A stretch of DNA of 63,940 nucleotides, counting the filler, from Octopus bimaculoides (lineage: Eukaryota): NCBI RefSeq assembly GCF_001194135.2. It is 4 parts of 4 records of this genome, joined end to end, with 100 filler letters (N's around TTAATTAATTAA, not from the genome) between each part and the next. Parts side by side here need not be neighbours in the genome. Positions count along the whole stretch, not along the records: positions 29,774 to 55,657 come from NC_068985.1; positions 55,758 to 62,409 come from NC_068995.1; positions 62,510 to 63,940 come from NW_026426208.1; 1 more part is not named here. One strand, given 5' to 3'. Made by a program: the position numbers and the translations under genes. Below the pieces are notes generated by a model. It was not told the origin of the DNA and searched no databases. It saw only the letters and a list, made by a program, of their open reading frames with translations. Positions 52,006-63,940 of this stretch are shown one piece after another (the first letter of the stretch is position 1; each line of letters begins with the position of its first letter).

Positions 52006-53311
52006 TATACGTATGGACATATACATGTATACACATACATACTCACATAGACGCACACACACGCGCGCATGCACACACATGCATACAAACTATCTTTCGC
52101 TAAATTTGCATTGATAAATGGCCACCGCTTCATTTAATTCAATCATAAAAGACAACCTGCTGAGTACACCTGTCGCCTGTACAATATATATTAGACCAGC
52201 TTGCTCTCTGTAGAACGCTTGGTGTTTTGAACTACCACGAATCGTTCTGAATATTTATCTTTTAGTTTATTTCTCAGTGCCCTTAAGCAAATAACGCCAC
52301 GCTGTATAACCGAACCAAGAGAAAAATAGCTCATTGAACGAGGTAGCGTTTGAAAAGTCACATGACGAGACACATCTGCACCGAAAGATGTACCATAATC
52401 TGTCGTGTAGTATCTCACTTGCGAGGGATCGATGCAAGACGGATCGAAACGAGCATTTTGATGTATATATAATCTCGTGATGTACGTATGTAAACTTAGA
52501 TAAACGTAGATATGTCTCGACCAAAGATTGGTCCAGGCCTTGTCCAACTTAATAACACCGCCTGATAGGATTATCTAAATCTTTTTAAAGTCAAGGTTTG
52601 TGGTATCATGGTCTATTCAAGTAGTGAGTTGTATTCAGGTATTAAATTTAAATACTGAAGTGAATCTAACGGTTTTGTGTGTTTTTAAATGGCTTATAAA
52701 CACATTTCACGCTACAATTGTCTTTTTTAGCACACGATCTGAGATCAAGTCACTTGCTATGCAAGTAGATCTCCGTAATATATATATATATATAATAATA
52801 ATATTAGGGACAAAATCCAAAATCACAGGTAAAAAACTCAATTAAAATCAATTTATAAAAAATTAAAATTAAATTGAGCCTTATATATTTATCTTATGAT
52901 ATTTATTGTGCTTTTAATTATTAGTTTTTCTATATGTGATAGTGGATTTTCATCGATGAGTTCTTGAAAATTGGTTATTTTCCCTAAAACTATATATTNN
53001 NNNNNNNNNNNNNNNNNNNNNNNNNNNNNNNNNNNNNNNNNNNNNNNNNNNNNNNNNNNNNNNNNNNNNNNNNNNNNNNNNNNNNNNNNNNNNNNNNNNN
53101 NNNNNNNNNNNNNNNNNNNNNNNNNNNNNNNNNNNNNNNNNNNNNNNNNNNNNNNNNNNNNNNNNNNNNNNNNNNNNNNNNNNNNNNNNNNNNNNNNNNN
53201 NNNNNNNNNNNNNNNNNNNNNNNNNNNNNNNNNNNNNNNNNNNNNNNNNNNNNNNNNNNNNNNNNNNNNNNNNNNNNNNNNNNNNNNNNNNNNNNNNNNN
53301 NNNNNNNNNNN

Positions 53312-53348
<37 letters not shown>

Positions 53349-54025
53349 ATATATATGGTTATACAGACGCATATATATTCGTATGTATATCTTATATACT
53401 TGCGAATGTTTGACAAGATTATGAAACAACTGTAAACGAATAGAATAAGCATTTATTCTTTCACCTCGCTTCTATCCTATCTCCTACTCTATTCACATGT
53501 GTGTGTGTATACGTATCCACTGTTACTGTTTGGACCCAGGTCAGTCTCAGACTGAGAAGACCTATAATGAAAAAATGTACAATCAGTGAGCGAATTTATT
53601 TCCCCCACAGTCTGTGTAGATCTGCAACTTCCAGTGTATCTATTCAATATGTCAGTTTGAAATTTGAAAGAAACTATACAGATAAATCTAGTTGGTCGAA
53701 CGACCGGATAGAGGCAGACGCTTTTCTTGCTCTGCGTCCTGTAAATGAATTAATGATGACGTTCCATCATTGATTGCTATAAATGGTTTAGAAAATGAAA
53801 CCAGTTTCGCACTGGCAGACTGAAATTGTTGCTCACTTATAACACCTATATCTGACATTTAGGTACATTTAGCGGAGTCAACGCTCTTACAAGCATGTAC
53901 ACGAAATCTCATGTTTCATCGTCCTTTGCAGCAGCCAGTATAGAAGTTTCTATACTATGTTATTGTGTGCTGCTTTTACTCGTGTACTGCTCTGACACGC
54001 CTGTCTCAACCATAAAGACAAACAA

Positions 54026-54192
54026 ATAGGCGAAGGCGTGGATGTGTGGCTAGAAGCTTGCTTCTCAACCACGTGGTTCTCGTTTCAGTATCACTACGCG
54101 GTGCCTTGGGCAAGTGACTTCTACTACAACTTTGGGCCGACCAAAGACTTATGAGTGACTCTAGCAGACGGAAACTGAAAGAAGCCCATCGA
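54026..54192 (+). mobile_element. SINE family S3, 5' half
   Basis: ggcgaaggcgtggatgtgtggctagaagcttgc...gccttgggcaagtg...gacggaaactgaaagaagccc. Confidence 0.8.
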
Positions 54193-54300
54193 ATATATAT
54201 TTGGGAATGGATGCATCGTGTTCAATTAAATAATAAATAATAAATAAAATATATAATAAATATATATATATTATATAAATATATTATATATATATATATG

Positions 54301-54353
<53 letters not shown>

Positions 54354-55584
54354 TTATGTATTTGTGATAAATACACATATTGTGAAACTATAGTGAGGGT
54401 AAGGCAGTATGCATTAAACAAATACATTGTTAACAACATAACACATATGCTCTTCTCCCTCTAACGACGTTGAACGAAAAGTAGAAACCCTTCTGTCTTC
54501 CTCACATGACCTTTAATGAATTTCATCGCTTCACTTACGATACGTGACTTACAATAATTACGTGTTACAACTACATTGAAGCTGAAAGTAAATTACACTA
54601 GCTTAACATTAAATTATTGGCCATTTAAATTAATTATAAACGGAATTTTATGCATTTAATTTTTATAATGAACGAGAAATCGTTTAAATTTTATTTAATA
54701 TTTTTATTTGGCTTTTGTCAGATACTGCCTATCTTTCCTCCAAGTGAGCCCGTCCTGGGTATGTAACTATGTATATATAGGGGGAGAAGGAGAGAAGGAG
54801 AGAGAAAGAGAAAGACAGAGAGGAGAGAGAAAGAGGGAAGAAATGACGGAATGGGGATAAATCTACCATACAAATGAAACAAGGAATACAAATAAGTGAA
54901 CATTCGAAGCAATAAAAATGGATATATATAGAGAGATAACAAACCTGTCACTGTTTTTCTGTTGTTTCAATGGAACGGAAGTTTTCCTCAAGTTTGCATT
55001 AAGCTTGAAATGTTCCGACACCCGTGTATTAATAATATCCTTTTTAATATCCTCGTGTCACATGTATCACATTTGAAACCACTCCACCATGATGTCCAGT
55101 CGTCCAGAGTGACTTTCTTTCTCCCTCTTTTTCGCATCGTCTGGCATTGCTTAAAGGTGCCGTCCAAGAGAGTCGCCAGTAGTGGATTTGCATCGAGACA
55201 GCGTCGGAGTTAACTCTGAGCCTGTACAGAAACACACCTACTTGAGAACGAGGCACACGCATAACCTGCAATGCGTTCGCGTTCGCCTTGAGTTACACTC
55301 AAGTCAGCATGTGAGCAAGCAGCTTTAACAAGGACTCCGAACAGAGATATTCTTCGCGACGTTTTTCATTTTGTTTAGTATGTGACTGTGTCTGTGCATT
55401 CGTGCATACGAAAATGCCTCACGCCTATAGGATTGTGTACGTATGGATAGTTAGCTAATACACAAGCACACACACAGACACAAGTATATATATATATATA
55501 TATATAGATATATGTTTATATACGCATGCGTATAATATATAGATGTATGTATATAATATATAAATGTATGTATTCTTTTATACT

Positions 55585-55657
55585 CTAGGCACAAGGCTCG
55601 AAATTTTTGGGGAGGGCCAGTCGATTAGATCGACCCCAGTACTCAACTGGTACTTAA
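55585..55657 (-). mobile_element. SINE S1 3' part, cut by gap
   Basis: ctaggcacaaggc...gtcgattagatcgaccccagt...actggtacttaa, as at 1644. Confidence 0.75.
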
Positions 55658-57029
55658 NNNNNNNNNNNNNNNNNNNNNNNNNNNNNNNNNNNNNNNNNNN
55701 NTTAATTAATTAANNNNNNNNNNNNNNNNNNNNNNNNNNNNNNNNNNNNNNNNNNNNATATATATGCATGTATGTATGTAGAATAATGTTGTGTAGTTTG
55801 TGCGATTAAATATAAGCAGCAAAAATCCTTTGCTCGTTATATCATACTCTCGAACGAATATTATCTTCCTTTGTGTTACATGATGACATGGCATTTGTCG
55901 CATGAGGTGTATTTGCGTACGTTATCGGGGTATTTGATAAAACATTTATGTCTAATAACATTGGTGAATATTAAGTAAGTTTAATTTTATTCGTATCATA
56001 TATATTTCTCCATTTAACTAACTGAAAATGTGTTTCAAAATGTTATACAATTCCACCAAACAGTCAAAGTACTTTCATATACGGTTATGTACACATATAG
56101 AATTGAAACTATGTAAAAAATAATTCTGCACATGTTAAAAAATATAATTAATAGGTAAGTTAGTGATAAATATTGTTACTTGTGGCAACATCGACCAAAT
56201 GAAGAAGCACAGCTAGAATGCAAACATTTCCAAATATATGTATTGAAAACTCATAAAAATGTACTTAAAAATGTCTTTTATGAAACATAGACGTTCTTTG
56301 TCAAGTAAATAATGGTGTTCCAATAGTAATATTACCTAAAGGTAGAACAGTTGAGAGCAATGTTACGATATCTCAATATTAATAAAGTAATTATTCACTA
56401 GTACCGATGAGAGGATATTTATTTATTTACTATTGGTAATAAGCCAATGCTGTTGTCTTAATGTCAAATAAAGATACGATAATAATATTTTGACACCCAA
56501 AGTTCCATATCACGATGAGAAAGTTCTAATTGTAGCCGTTTAGCAACATTTCAACTGTCATAATTTATATCTAACATCAGTAACTGCCGTTTGCGTACAT
56601 GATCTTTATCTATATCACTTTTGGAATATATTCGACAAAAATTATGCAAAACTCTATATGTTGTGCACAATTTTTAATCAATATATAGCCATAAAATAAC
56701 TTACAGTAAAAGTGCGATTGTATATATACATATCGGTGCGTGCATGGATCTGTCTACCAATTTCTGTATACCATTTCTACCTAATTTGAGGTTTTCTTTA
56801 GCAAAATATTCGTCACTTTCTTTACATTTATATATATTTCGTTTGTGAGCCACAGTAATATTCACATATCTCGAAACGTCTACATTTAGTTTTTTTATAG
56901 ATTTTGCATACCAGGAGCTTGCGTTTCTTTTTAACTATAAGGAGGAGATATTTTCCGCCTTTCGTTTTTCAGATATTCAAGGTTATCGTCTACCTTGCTG
57001 TAACGTGTCATATGTATTTATGTTTTCTA

Positions 57030-58415
57030 TAATGAAGAGTCGTGTTGTCGGGTTATTACAGGCCACGCATGCGAAACTCACCACCTCAGCAACTTTTTAG
57101 ATACCCTCTTCTGGATAGAGAATTACTCCAATGCACTCCCACATTGTATCAGAAAAGAATTCGTAATAGAAGGGCAAAAATTCATTTTGAAGAATAAGAT
57201 TTTCGTATTAAATGACAACTATCTACAGAAACCAGGGACTGCGATGTGTGCAAGAATAGCCTCCTCCTTTGTTAACCTAGTCATGAGGTACCTAGACATT
57301 ACTTTTATCGTAAGGTACGAGAAAAATACGCAAACCCATTCTCCCTTTACATAGAAAATAACTGGAAGATAGATCTAGATGACTGCTTCATTTTTTAGTG
57401 TGAAAGTATAGAAAGACTTAATGAATTTCAAGGATTTCTAAATTGACTTGACATAAACATTTAATTCAAGATGGAATATAGTCATCAACGACTTCCTTTC
57501 CTCGACACCCTCATGAAGAAATCTATCAGCAAAATAGGAACAGACGTATAATATAAGCCCATGAATTCCAAGCAATATCTACCGTTCAACTCATGCCACT
57601 CCAGACACACTATAATGAATATCCCTTTCAGCCTGGAAAAACGGATTTGCACTATAGTAACCAGGGACACACGATTGTATGAGCTAAAGGATACACTCAT
57701 CAGCAGGAATTACTCACCACCACTAATTGATATAGGTTTTCAACGTGACCTACAACACAAACTCCACGAACTCAGACATACCAAACTAAAGAATGAATTA
57801 CAACCAAAAGCCATACATATTCACACGCAACACGCTAATCAATGAGGCTTTCGACACCATCCACCAGAACAATTCCTTTCATATAAAAGGACCATAGTAT
57901 GAATCAAATCCTCCAAACACACACCATTATAAAGAAAAAAAAGACAGCACAAGTCAATGACTATAAAAAATGCGGAAGACCTAACTGTGGTATATGCGTC
58001 AACCTAATTAAGCGATCGGAGTTCTCCTTCAAACAGTCAACGTTTTACAATGAAAAACAGTTTCACATGTGCTTCGGAAAACCTGATATATGTGTTAACT
58101 TGGTCAGGGTGTCGAAAGCAATACCTTGTTCAAACTAAAAGCAGTCTTTACCAGAAGATGACCCTACATACGTCCTAGATTAAAATAAGATCTGCTACTA
58201 CCTACCTACCTTACGAACTTTTACAAAAGGAAAGAAAGAGAGACACACACACACAGGAAAAAGGAAGATGTCCTACTTATTTGAAGACTATGGAAATATT
58301 TACAAAACATTTCATTTAATTTTTTTCTTCAATTTAATTGTTTTTCTTCTTAATAAGTATCCACCTTTGTTTTATTCTTAGTTGAAAAAGTCGAAGTCCG
58401 AAACCGGTACTAACC
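57030..58415 (+). pseudogene. Third PLE remnant: heavily decayed RT + GIY-YIG with terminal HHR relic
   Basis: Fragments LSNFLDTL; A(M)CARIASSFVNLVMRYLD (RT motif 4); LDDCF; KQYLPFNSCHSRHTIMNIPFSLEKRICTIV; KCGRPNCGIC; FTCASENLIYVLTWSGCRKQY. Confidence 0.75.
58378..58413 (+). ncRNA. Degenerate minimal hammerhead ribozyme (third family)
   Basis: ttag-(ttgaaaa)-agtcgaagtcc-GAAACCGGTA-ctaa. Stem I ttag/ctaa and palindromic ACCGGT are intact; the CUGA box is decayed. Confidence 0.45.
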
Positions 58416-58524
58416 ATTACAAAATGTATTTCATGATAAAATTACTTTAGCATTTTCTACTTTGTCTCATTTTCCTTGTACATATCAACTTGTATGTCAC
58501 TTTTCAACATTCTCTACACACGTA

Positions 58525-58600
58525 TAGAAAGGGCTTCTTTCAGTTTCCGTCTACCAAATCCTTTCAAAAGGCTGAACCATGTCGTTGGGAAGCAAGCTTC
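58525..58600 (-). mobile_element. SINE S3 head, internally deleted
   Basis: gggcttctttcagtttccgtctaccaaatcc...gaaccatgtcgttgggaagcaagcttc. Confidence 0.7.
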
Positions 58601-59779
58601 TGTGGTTGTGTGGTGGGGGAAGGAGTGAGATAGAGATTTTATGCATATATATATGTATGTGTTTTATTTTCGGTCATGAACAGAACATCTGACGGAATGG
58701 TAGCAAAATTGTCGTTATATAGGCATTTTAAACCGAGGAAAGCCTATAACTGAGGGGTCTAATTACAGCCGATTTCTACAAATGAGTAAAGGAGAAGGCG
58801 ATAAAATAAGAAAGAAAAATCCGTCCCAGTAAGGTGCTGATATTTATTATTCACGACGCAGCGAAGAATGAAGCTAAAATGGTAGAAATTAAACTCAGAT
58901 GACAAGAAGTCGGAACGAATACCGCAGCCATTATGTCGGACGTTTATAGTGACTGTGCTATTTCACTGCCTTATATAATTAAATAAATTCTTGCCTAAAT
59001 ACATACATAGATACGTATATACATACATGCATATATACATATATATACATAAGTATATTAGCACAAATGAATATATAACGTGTTTGGTGCTGAGGAATGC
59101 TTGTGAAACAGAATTCACAAAATAGAAGTTGCTTAACTTACGACTCCTCCGTCGATATTCTAGTTGTATAATGTCCTAATACAAAAACGTCAGAAGTGAC
59201 GGGGTGAATAACCTTAACATATATCCAATTGCTCCTGCGACAATCACAGGCCGCATGATTTATATATGTATTAGGAGAAGTAAATTTTGATATAAATAAT
59301 GTAGTTTGTATTATGTGTAAGAAAATCTGTCTGAACATTCATAGACTTTCCAATCAACAAAGTTTGTCTGTTCTTAATTTTCTTCATTTAATAAGAAAAG
59401 ACAAGTAATTGCAAGGCCAACTTATTCCTCACAGTTAATTAGAATGTCTGAAATGAACATGGCATCACAGAACTTATTAATTGTTTCGCGGTTTTTAATA
59501 AACTAATAACGATTTGCGTTAATATGTTCATGTAGGTGGAGCAATTTTATGGGTGGGGATTTAGCTGAGTTTAGATAGGTGGGAACACGGTTTAATTTCG
59601 ATTCACAATAATAGTATTGATCAGTAGGCGTCACAAACACGAAGCAATATTTCTTCTTTAACTTATCAAATAGCAGGAGCGTAAATTAATTTATTTATTG
59701 ATTATCTATTTGTCTGATGGAAAACATATATATTTCATATGATTATTTACACTTATGGCTTGCTTTCTATTCCATCTCA

Positions 59780-60380
59780 CTCTATCTCACTCTCTTCCCC
59801 CCCCCTCTCTCTCTCTCTCTCTCTCGCTCTCTCTCTCTGTCACACACGCAAACACACATTCTACTACTTCTTCGTTTCCCATTTTCTAACAGCACCCACA
59901 CACACACACACACACATACATTCATGCACAAACTTTTTATCTTTATGTATAACTATGATGCTACTACTGATATTTCCACAGACGTTTATGTTCATCTATC
60001 TGTTTCACTTTCTATATACGTATTTAACTGTCCGTTTCTCTGTATATATTTATGTAACTTTGTGTGTATATTAGTGTACATGTATGTGAATATGTGTATG
60101 TGTGTGGGTAACTACTCACACAAAACCATATATACTGTGTGTCTTATGGTAGTTTAGCCTTCTTCTGATTAATTGCAATGTTCTAATCGATATTCTACAA
60201 ATTTTTTAACCACCGATATCTGGTGTATATATCCACTATAGCATATATTATAACACAAATCAATAGCTATAAATACCGATCAATTCGTTCATACATGTAT
60301 CTATGAAAGTATCAAGGCCTTCTTATGAGAACTGGTATATAAATAATTGCATTTATGTGTGTATGCATAACAATACATAC

Positions 60381-60439
<59 letters not shown>

Positions 60440-61030
60440 ATAGGTATAATTAGATAGATACGTATAGATATAGATATGTACCTATTCATAGATGCAGACA
60501 CACACACACTCACACACAGACATACACACACGCACAGATTCACACACACACACACACATATATATGTACAAATATCCATGTGTTTGTATATATATACGCA
60601 TATCATTATTTACATGATTACATATATCTTTCTAAACACATATATAGATATGAATATTCTTATGTGTATGTTCATGTGTTTATGTATATGTGTGCATTCA
60701 TACACGCATACACATAATAATTACAAACACATACATGCATACATAAATTCGTCTATTTATATGTCCAGCACACTTTGTCTTCTCACCTATCTCCTTCTAC
60801 CTATGTATGTCTTTCTGTCACTCTACGCACTTCTCCACCTTCCTGAAATACACACCTATGTATGTATATATATATAGAGAGAAAAATGCATACATTCACA
60901 TATACATACATGTACTTATCGCTCTACTACTACTACTACTATTGCTGGTGCTGCTGCAACAGCACACACGCCTCTGAATATATAATATAGTTGATCAGAT
61001 ACAAACTTATATATATATATATATATATAT
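59780..61030. repeat. Low-complexity/microsatellite field (CT, CA, TA, TACA)
   Basis: Directly visible. Confidence 0.85.
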
Positions 61031-61700
61031 NNNNNNNNNNNNNNNNNNNNNNNNNNNNNNNNNNNNNNNNNNNNNNNNNNNNNNNNNNNNNNNNNNNNNN
61101 NNNNNNNNNNNNNNNNNNNNNNNNNNNNNNNNNNNNNNNNNNNNNNNNNNNNNNNNNNNNNNNNNNNNNNNNNNNNNNNNNNNNNNNNNNNNNNNNNNNN
61201 NNNNNNNNNNNNNNNNNNNNNNNNNNNNNNNNNNNNNNNNNNNNNNNNNNNNNNNNNNNNNNNNNNNNNNNNNNNNNNNNNNNNNNNNNNNNNNNNNNNN
61301 NNNNNNNNNNNNNNNNNNNNNNNNNNNNNNNNNNNNNNNNNNNNNNNNNNNNNNNNNNNNNNNNNNNNNNNNNNNNNNNNNNNNNNNNNNNNNNNNNNNN
61401 NNNNNNNNNNNNNNNNNNNNNNNNNNNNNNNNNNNNNNNNNNNNNNNNNNNNNNNNNNNNNNNNNNNNNNNNNNNNNNNNNNNNNNNNNNNNNNNNNNNN
61501 NNNNNNNNNNNNNNNNNNNNNNNNNNNNNNNNNNNNNNNNNNNNNNNNNNNNNNNNNNNNNNNNNNNNNNNNNNNNNNNNNNNNNNNNNNNNNNNNNNNN
61601 NNNNNNNNNNNNNNNNNNNNNNNNNNNNNNNNNNNNNNNNNNNNNNNNNNNNNNNNNNNNNNNNNNNNNNNNNNNNNNNNNNNNNNNNNNNNNNNNNNNT

Positions 61701-61806
61701 CTTTTACTTGTTTCAGTCGACTTATTCTTTGTAAACCTGTCAAACTGTTGAGTTACGGGGATGTAAACATACCAGCATCGGTTGTCAAGCGATATTTGGA
61801 GAACAA

Positions 61807-61849
<43 letters not shown>

Positions 61850-62010
61850 CGTATATACTACGGGCTTCTTTCAGTTTCCCTCTACCAAATCCACTCACAA
61901 AGGTTTGGTCGGCCCGATGATATAGTAGAAGACACTTGCCCAAGTTGTCACGCAGTGGGACTGAACCCGGAACCATGTGGTTCGTAAGCAAACTACTGTA
62001 TTTCATTTCA
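61701..62010 (-). mobile_element. SINE family S3
   Basis: cttttacttgtttcagtc...gagttacggggatgtaaac...gacacttgcccaag...gggactgaacccggaaccatgtgg. Confidence 0.85.
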
Positions 62011-62374
62011 TTGGCCATGACGGCCTTAGATAGAAGAAAAAGAGGCTGCGGGCTGGACAAAGACATAATGGTATGTGTAATAGAAATGATAATAATTAAT
62101 AAATGCGGGGAAACAAGCAACGCCTGCCGATCGTTCGATCCCCGAAGACATTGTTCTCTTTATATGAGGCAACAAGCCTCTTACAAATGTTCATATTGCT
62201 TATAATACATATCACTGAAGCTTTTTCGCTTCTCATACATATCCCTCCTCATCACTTATGTGTCCGGTTTCCGCCAACGCCCACGCCATCTCTAGGCACA
62301 CCAACATACTTACCACACAGCCACTCCTGCACCTGTATATTAATATGTATAGATATAGATATATAGATATATAC

Positions 62375-62409
<35 letters not shown>

Positions 62410-62730
62410 NNNNNNNNNNNNNNNNNNNNNNNNNNNNNNNNNNNNNNNNNNNNTTAATTAATTAANNNNNNNNNNNNNNNNNNNNNNNNNNNNNNNNNNN
62501 NNNNNNNNNTATATATATATATATATATGTATATATATACATGTGTATGCTTATATATACATATATATCTATATATATACATTTATGTGTATCTATATGC
62601 ATATATATACATATAAAGATATATATATATATACATACATATAAAGATATATATATATACATACATATAAACATATATATATATATATATAGATAGATAG
62701 ATAGATAGATATAGATATATACATATATAT

Positions 62731-63433
62731 TGAGGTGGCGAAGCACGATCATCGAGCATTAGGCCTCGCTGAGGCAATGACTAGTGACCGATACCTTTGC
62801 AAATATGCTGTGTTTGAGAAGACCCGGCAAGCCAAGTGAGACCATAACTTGTGGCCTATGCCAGTGGTGTAACCAGCTCACTTATGTATACCTTTCCTTC
62901 ATTGGACACTAAACTCTGCTTGCGAAGACCTGTTGAGGCAAGTGAAATCGAAATCAAATTCGATGACAATACAAGACTGGCATCCGTGCTAGGGGAGCGC
63001 TAACAGTGCCATCCGAGCGTGGTCATTACCAGGGCCGCTTACTGGCTCCGTGGCAGCAGCATGTAAAAGGCACTATTCATGCATGATCGTTACCAGTGTC
63101 GCATTACGGGCACATGTACCAGTGGCATGTGAAAAACAACATTCAAGCGAGGTCGTTGCCACTGCCGCTGGACTGGCTCCTGTGCAGGTGGCATGTAAAA
63201 ACCACCATTTGAGCGTGGCCATTGTCAGTACCGCCTGACTGGCCCTCTTGCCGGTGGCATGCAAAAACACCCATTGCACTCTCGGAGTGGTTGGCGTTAG
63301 GAAGGGCATCCGGCTGTAGAAACTCTGCGAGATCAGACTGGAGCCTAGTGCAGCCATCTAGTTCGCCAGTCCTCAATCAAATCGTCCAACCAATGCTAGC
63401 ATGGAAAGCGGACATTAAACGATGATGATGATC
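62731..63433 (+). mobile_element. Non-autonomous retroelement, probably RTE-clade associated, with internal ~65-bp minisatellite and (GAT)n tail
   Basis: Four diverged units with ...ggcatgt(g/a)aaaa...cattc; gttggcgttaggaagggcatccggctgtagaaac motif; ends ggacattaaacgatgatgatgat. Confidence 0.65.
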
Positions 63434-63512
63434 ATGATATATATACATACATATATATATATATATATATACATATATAAATGTACATACATATAGATAT
63501 ATATACATATAT

Positions 63513-63900
63513 GTGGAGGCGCAATGGCCCAGTGGTTAGGGCAGCGGGCTCAGGGTCATAGGATCGCAGTTTCGATTCCCAGACCGGGCGCTTTGAGTGT
63601 TTATTGAGCGAAAACACCTAAAGCTCCACGAGGCTCCAGCAGGGGATGCTGGCGAACCCTGCTGTACTCTTTCACCACAACTTTCTCTCATTCTTACTTC
63701 CTGTTTCTGTTGTGCCTGTAATTCAAAGAGTCAGCCTTGTCACACTGTGTCACGCTGAATATCCCCGAGAACTACGTTAAGGGTACACGTGTCTGTGGAG
63801 TGCTCAGCCACTTGCACATTAATTTCACGAACAGGCTGTTCCGTTGATCGGATCATCTGGAACCCTTGATGTCGTAAGCGACGGAGTGCCAACAACAACA
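63513..63900 (+). mobile_element. SINE family S2, full length
   Basis: gtggaggcgcaatggcccagtggttagggc (A box)...gtttcgattccc (B box)...cggagtgcc(aac)n. Confidence 0.9.
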
Positions 63901-63940
63901 TACATATATATATGCATATATATATAAATATGTGTGTGTG

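Overview
AT-rich, microsatellite-dense, gap-ridden eukaryotic DNA. The SINE types, repeat density and fixed gap markers point to an octopus genome, probably Octopus bimaculoides (inference). No host protein-coding gene is recognisable with confidence; there are only weak candidate exons. The window is dominated by retroelements. (i) Three decayed Penelope-like element (PLE) remnants: RT+GIY-YIG at ~32.8-33.9 kb and ~57.0-58.4 kb, and a Neptune-like linker+GIY-YIG piece at ~34.4-35.2 kb. (ii) Two pieces of L1/Tx1-type LINE: an ORF2 3' end at 0.56-1.2 kb and a 5'UTR/ORF1 at 22.5-23.1 kb. (iii) An L2/CR1-type LINE 3' end at ~29.8 kb. (iv) About 20 tRNA-derived SINE copies of at least 3 families, an RTE-associated non-autonomous element and a possible Helitron end. 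The most interesting signal is a ~300-bp dispersed unit made of a tRNA-like (Pol III) head, an (AAT)n linker and a minimal type I hammerhead ribozyme (HHR). It is present at four positions (one with a 6-bp target-site duplication, two forming an inverted pair) and looks like a SINE/retrozyme hybrid probably mobilised by PLEs. Decayed HHRs of two other families are also present. Family names come from motif recognition only; no database search was run, and many repeat boundaries are approximate.
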